In this document: piece by piece, positions 59,521 to 64,000 of the stretch
Position numbering within the stretch: position 1 is the stretch's first letter
Layout of the letters: the number at the start of each line of letters is the position of its first letter
Assembly (NCBI GenBank): GCA_016699615.1
Contig: CP064984.1
Coordinates: 1,806,185 to 1,870,184 of the forward strand
Source of the DNA: Sphingobacteriales bacterium
GTDB taxonomy: Bacteria > Bacteroidota > Bacteroidia > Chitinophagales > JADIYW01
DNA: 64,000 nucleotides
Direction: 5' to 3'
Made by a program: the position numbers and the translations under genes
The notes under the pieces: generated by a model
Told to the model about the DNA's origin: nothing
Databases searched by the model: none
What the model saw: only the letters and a program-made list of their open reading frames with translations

Positions 59521-59704
59521 TTATTAATCAAATTTAATTTATTAAAGCTAATAATTATATTGAGACACACGATATATAAAATTGTTTTCTATGCTTTATT
59601 TCCTAAAAATACTACATATCCGAGATTTTGTTACAATGTTCCTTAATTAGGTTACAGCTGCTGTGTATTTAGTGCGCAACTTTGTATCATAAAATACAAA
59701 CAAA

Positions 59705-60406
59705 ATGAATCTAATTAAAATCTTAATCATCGTAACAAACATTAGCCAATATGAAAGTGGAAATCTAGAAACTGGCTTATGGTTGAGTGAACTAACGCAT
59801 TTATACGCTGCTGCAGAAGCAAAAGGATATGACATTACAATTGCAAGTCCAAATGGTGGCAATGTACCATTGGATCCAGAAAGTTTAAAGAAAATGATGC
59901 TCGATAAAGTTTCAAAAGCATACTTAAATGATAGTGCTTTTATGAATCTTTTGAAAAATAGTAAAAGTTTAAAAGCTATAGAAAACGAAAAATTTGATGT
60001 GGTGTATTTAGCAGGTGGACATGGTACGATGTACGATTTCCCAAATGATACCACCATGCAAAACATTATTGCAAAACAATATGAGTCTGGAAAAATAGTT
60101 GCGGCTATTTGTCATGGTGTAGGTGGTTTGTTGAATGTAAAATTAACTAATGGAAACTATCTAATTCAAAATAAAAAAATGACTGGATTTTCTTGGTTTG
60201 AAGAAAAATTAGCTCGAAGAAAAAAAGAAGTACCATTCAATTTAGAAGCAGAACTAAAAACTAAAAATCCAAATTACAAAAAAGCATTTATTCCTATGAC
60301 TTCTAAAGTAGTTGTTGATGGAAACTTGATTACAGGACAAAATCCATTTAGTTCTAAAAAGATGGCAAAAGTAGTTATGCAACAATTACAAAATCAAATT
60401 AAATAA
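59705..60406 (+). CDS. DJ-1/PfpI (type 1 glutamine amidotransferase-like) family protein
   Basis: The nucleophile elbow AAICHG and the motif YLAGGHG are present. Confidence 0.7.
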   Translation: MNLIKILIIVTNISQYESGNLETGLWLSELTHLYAAAEAKGYDITIASPNGGNVPLDPESLKKMMLDKVSKAYLNDSAFMNLLKNSKSLKAIENEKFDVVYLAGGHGTMYDFPNDTTMQNIIAKQYESGKIVAAICHGVGGLLNVKLTNGNYLIQNKKMTGFSWFEEKLARRKKEVPFNLEAELKTKNPNYKKAFIPMTSKVVVDGNLITGQNPFSSKKMAKVVMQQLQNQIK

Positions 60407-60443
60407 TTAGGCTTATTATATTTATTTATAAATTACAGAAATC

Positions 60444-61358
60444 ATGAACACAATAAATAACAATCAAACAATCATAAATCTTGCTGGAAATGAAGTCTCT
60501 ATTTTAAAAGATGGTTTGTATGATAGATTTCATTCTAATCCACCACTTGCTATTATAGAAAATGAAAGTCCAGAAATTGATTTATCTTGGTTTAAAACCA
60601 TAAAAAAAGTAAAAAAGAATGTAGGATTTGAAACTTATTCGCCCAATTTTTATTATAAGAATAGTAGTATCACAGCTATTTATACTGCAGATTTAAAACA
60701 GTTAAAAGCATTAATGCCAGATAAAATAAAAAATATTGTTCAGCCTATTTCTATTTTTCCAAATAGAGGTCTAATTGCTATTACTGCTTATGCTTATCAT
60801 TATTGCGACAATGATGTATATAATGAACTCTCCATTTCTATTGCAACTACAAAACCTAACTCAACTAACTTTGGTGTATTTTCATTATTAGGTCAATTAA
60901 AAAATAAAAACCTTTGGGGTTATGTTTTGAAGTTACCAGTAAATACTGACTTAGCAAGAGTGCGTGGTGTAGTTGGTTATAATTTACCTAAATGGAAAAT
61001 TCCTATAGATTATAAAGAAAACAACAAAGAAATTACTTTTGATTTTTATGATGAACAAGGAAATTTAGACTTTACTATGATAGGAAAAAAATTAGAAATA
61101 GAAAATAATAAACCAACTCTAACTCGTTCTAATTTTATTAATCTAAATAAAGAAGATAAACTTACACATGGCTACAACGATACTCGTGCTATTCAAAAAG
61201 CGAGTAGTAGCAAACAAAACGATGTGCAATTAAATTTAAGTAATGGCGCTTTATCATCCTATATAAAATCATTAGATTTAGGAAGATTAATACGCTATGA
61301 TTATCAACCAGATTTTCAAGCAGCATTATATACACCAGAAATTATTGAATCAAAATAA
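60444..61358 (+). CDS. Hypothetical protein, possibly acetoacetate decarboxylase-like fold
   Basis: It is a 304-aa beta-rich protein. The pattern ..YTADLKQLKALMP...ITAYAYHYCDNDVYNELSISI recalls the ADC family. Support is weak. Confidence 0.35.
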   Translation: MNTINNNQTIINLAGNEVSILKDGLYDRFHSNPPLAIIENESPEIDLSWFKTIKKVKKNVGFETYSPNFYYKNSSITAIYTADLKQLKALMPDKIKNIVQPISIFPNRGLIAITAYAYHYCDNDVYNELSISIATTKPNSTNFGVFSLLGQLKNKNLWGYVLKLPVNTDLARVRGVVGYNLPKWKIPIDYKENNKEITFDFYDEQGNLDFTMIGKKLEIENNKPTLTRSNFINLNKEDKLTHGYNDTRAIQKASSSKQNDVQLNLSNGALSSYIKSLDLGRLIRYDYQPDFQAALYTPEIIESK

Positions 61359-61369
61359 AAAATACAGTC

Positions 61370-62731
61370 ATGGATTTTAACAGCATTTTTCACTCTCAAA
61401 AAGTATTTTTCAATACACATAAAACAAAAGATATTGCATTTAGAAAAAAAACATTAATTAAACTAAAAAGCATTCTAAAAAATAATGAACAAGAATTATT
61501 CGATGCAATCTATAAAGATTTTCGCAAAAGCAAATTCGATACCTTTTTAACAGAATTAAATCTTATCTATAATGAAATAGATTTCTTCTTAAAAAATTTA
61601 AACACAATTAGCAAACCTAAAAAAGTAAAAACAGCAATCAGTCTTCAACCAGGCAAGAGTTTTATATATTCAGAGCCATTAGGCGTTACGATGGTTATTG
61701 GTGCTTGGAATTATCCATATCAACTAACACTTTTACCTTTGGTAACTGCCATTGCAGCTGGCAACACTTGCATTGTAAAACCAAGCGAATTGCCAGTAAA
61801 TACTATGCATTTGATTGCTAAATTAATCAATACAAATTTCTCATCTAATTATTTATTTGTAGTAGAAGGCGGCGTTCCAGAAACAACTGAATTATTAAAA
61901 CTCAAATTTGATAAAATCTTTTTTACTGGAAGTCCAATGGTAGGTAAAATTGTATATGAAGCAGCTGCAAAAAATTTAGTGCCAGTTACTTTGGAGTTAG
62001 GTGGGAAATCTCCAGCAATAGTAACCAAAACAGCTGACTTAGAAGTTGCAGCTAAAAGATTAATTTGGGGGAAATTTTTAAATGGTGGACAAACTTGCAT
62101 TGCACCAGATTATTTGTTGGTAGAAGCATCTGTGAAACCAAAATTAATTGAAATCATTAAAAGCAAACTAGATAAAATTCAATATACTGATGGTGCAGAA
62201 CATTATGTAAGCATCATTAACAAAAGAAATTACGACAGAATTTTAAGATTAATAGATAATGATAAAATTGTTTATGGTGGCAAACACAATGATGAAACAT
62301 TATATATAGAACCAACCATTTTAGATAATGTTTCATGGGAAGATGCTGTAATGCAAGAAGAAATTTTTGGTCCAGTTTTACCAATTATATCTTATAATAA
62401 TTACGATGAAATATTGCAAAAAATTATTGATGGAGAAAAACCATTAGCTGCTTATTTGTTTACTAAAAATCAAGAAGAAAAAGATAAATTCTTAAACTAT
62501 GTTTCTTTTGGTGGAGGTTGTATTAATGATACATTGATGCAAATTACCAACGATTATTTACCTTTTGGTGGTATTGGAAATTCTGGTATTGGAAATTATC
62601 ATGGTGAATTTGGTTTTAATACTTTTTCACATCAAAAATCTATTATAGAGAAAGTAAATTGGGGAGAACCTGATTGGAAATATCCACCCTATTCAGATAA
62701 AAAAATGAGTTATTTAAAAAAAGTAATGTAA
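61370..62731 (+). CDS. Aldehyde dehydrogenase (class 3-like)
   Basis: The ELGGKSP motif, the catalytic Cys context GQTCIAPDY and the EEIFGPVLP motif are present. Confidence 0.85.
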   Translation: MDFNSIFHSQKVFFNTHKTKDIAFRKKTLIKLKSILKNNEQELFDAIYKDFRKSKFDTFLTELNLIYNEIDFFLKNLNTISKPKKVKTAISLQPGKSFIYSEPLGVTMVIGAWNYPYQLTLLPLVTAIAAGNTCIVKPSELPVNTMHLIAKLINTNFSSNYLFVVEGGVPETTELLKLKFDKIFFTGSPMVGKIVYEAAAKNLVPVTLELGGKSPAIVTKTADLEVAAKRLIWGKFLNGGQTCIAPDYLLVEASVKPKLIEIIKSKLDKIQYTDGAEHYVSIINKRNYDRILRLIDNDKIVYGGKHNDETLYIEPTILDNVSWEDAVMQEEIFGPVLPIISYNNYDEILQKIIDGEKPLAAYLFTKNQEEKDKFLNYVSFGGGCINDTLMQITNDYLPFGGIGNSGIGNYHGEFGFNTFSHQKSIIEKVNWGEPDWKYPPYSDKKMSYLKKVM

Positions 62732-62740
62732 TTTAATACG

Positions 62741-63664
62741 ATGCAAGTTATATTAGGTGCCAACGGACAAATTGGTTATGAGTTAGCCAAAGAATTAAAA
62801 CGAAATTTTACTTCAAATATTCGTATTGTAAGTAGAAAGCCAGAGAAAGTAAATGAAACGGATACTTTATTTGCTGCTGATTTAACGAATAAGGAACAAG
62901 CCATTGCTGCTGTAAAAGATTGCAAGATAGCTTATTTTACTTTAGGGTTACCAATAAGCACTGATTTATGGGAAGCACAATTTCAACTTATTTTACGCAA
63001 TGTAATAGATGCTTGTAAAATCAATGATACTAAATTGGTTTATTTTGATAATACTTATATGTATCCACAAAATGATAAAGTTTTAACAGAAGAAACAAAG
63101 TTTGCACCTGTTGGTAGAAAAGGAAAAGTAAGAGCTAAGATGACCGAAATGTTGTTGGCAGAAATGCAAGCAGGAAATATTGAAGCAGTAATTTGTAGAG
63201 CACCAGAATTTTATGGACCAGCCAAAACACAAAGCATAACCAACTCACTTATTTTTAATAATATTAAAGAAAATAAAAAATTACGAGTACCATTAAGTGA
63301 TTCAAAATTACGTAGTTTAATTTGGACACCAGATGCCAGTAGAGCTACAGCATTAATTGGTAATACACCTAGTGCTTATAATCAATCGTGGCATTTACCA
63401 ATAGATGATAAGCGATTAACCTACAAACAATTTATTGCTTTAATAGAAACTGTTTATAATCAAAAATTGAACTATACAGTTATACCAAAATTTGTTTTTA
63501 GGATTGGTGCATTGTTTAATGATAGAATAAAAGAATTACTAGAACTATTGCCAAGATATGAACACAACAATATTTTCGATGATTCAAAATTCAGAGAACA
63601 TTTTCCAAATTTTGTAGTTACCACTTATGAGCAAGGCATCACTCAAATTAAAAATGAACAATAA
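62741..63664 (+). CDS. NAD-dependent epimerase/dehydratase (atypical SDR) family protein
   Basis: It has an N-terminal GANGQIG Rossmann-like motif. Size is 307 aa. Confidence 0.6.
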   Translation: MQVILGANGQIGYELAKELKRNFTSNIRIVSRKPEKVNETDTLFAADLTNKEQAIAAVKDCKIAYFTLGLPISTDLWEAQFQLILRNVIDACKINDTKLVYFDNTYMYPQNDKVLTEETKFAPVGRKGKVRAKMTEMLLAEMQAGNIEAVICRAPEFYGPAKTQSITNSLIFNNIKENKKLRVPLSDSKLRSLIWTPDASRATALIGNTPSAYNQSWHLPIDDKRLTYKQFIALIETVYNQKLNYTVIPKFVFRIGALFNDRIKELLELLPRYEHNNIFDDSKFREHFPNFVVTTYEQGITQIKNEQ

Positions 63665-63692
63665 AACATTCGTGGCAATAAAAATATAAAAT

Positions 63693-64000
63693 ATGACAAC
63701 ACCTATAAAAGTTAATTCAATCAATAATTTGCATCAATTGTTAGGCATAGGAAAACCAAAACATCCATTAATAAGTGTGTTTGATTTTTCAAGCATAGCA
63801 TCTAATGTTGCAGAATTAACAATGCCAATTACATCTGATTTTTATGTTATTGCTATAAAACAAGAATGTACAGGTAAATTCAAATACGGACAACAATACT
63901 ACGATTATGATGATGGCGTAATGTATTTTACAGCACCACAACAAGTACTACAGTTTGAAGATATGTTGCTCGAAGTAATAAAAAGCAAAGTTTTAGTCAT
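63693..64000 (+). CDS. AraC-family transcriptional regulator, N-terminal part (cut by the window edge)
   Basis: The ATG at 63693 gives MTTPIKVNSINNLHQLLGIGKPKHPLISVFDFS..., the common N-terminus of Bacteroidota AraC-type regulators. The ORF is open to the window end. Confidence 0.5.
   Translation, partial: MTTPIKVNSINNLHQLLGIGKPKHPLISVFDFSSIASNVAELTMPITSDFYVIAIKQECTGKFKYGQQYYDYDDGVMYFTAPQQVLQFEDMLLEVIKSKVLV

Overview
This is a low-GC chromosomal window of Bacteroidota type. Supporting signs are a Bat/MoxR aerotolerance operon, TAnnTTTG-type -7 promoter boxes, no obvious Shine-Dalgarno sites, and SPOR/TPR envelope proteins. It holds about 60 genes, mostly housekeeping: ppiD-like, batABC, trxA, recF, ribH, htrA, dapF, corA-like, ccmBC, a two-component pair, ileS, holB, gmk, rseP, dnaG, holA, tRNA-Leu(CAA) and an RNase P RNA hidden under a spurious ORF. 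The stand-out is a compact type VI-B CRISPR locus at 46.3-51.4 kb. It comprises an intact 1080-aa Cas13b-like effector with two RxxxxH HEPN motifs and 15 identical 36-bp repeats with 29-30 bp spacers; no cas1/cas2 is present. A co-oriented 217-aa gene lies 4 nt upstream of the effector. Its architecture is two N-terminal TM helices plus a beta-strand-rich soluble domain. That does not fit what I recall for Csx27 (four TM helices) or Csx28 (one TM helix plus a HEPN-like domain). It looks more like the 2TM/beta-barrel membrane effectors of CBASS (Cap15 / S-2TMbeta), so this may be an undescribed Cas13b accessory pairing. The far end of the array carries a 125-bp duplication containing a decayed repeat, followed by mosaic tandem repeats. 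Other notable items: an intact IS256-family element with an 8-bp target duplication; a PIN toxin-antitoxin pair and a degraded transposase next to the tRNA; a DksA/TraR protein fused to a histone-H1-like K/A-rich repeat; a SPOR protein with 102-bp tandem repeats; and a subclass B1 metallo-beta-lactamase. An unusually high fraction of genes is broken by 1-nt indels (mostly in homopolymers) or point lesions: accC, anmK, kup, pssA, an FAD oxidoreductase, a rhomboid, and the lolE-like start codon. This means either genome decay or sequencing error. All calls come from reading the sequence and the ORF track only. No database search was run, and RNA ends and element boundaries are approximate.
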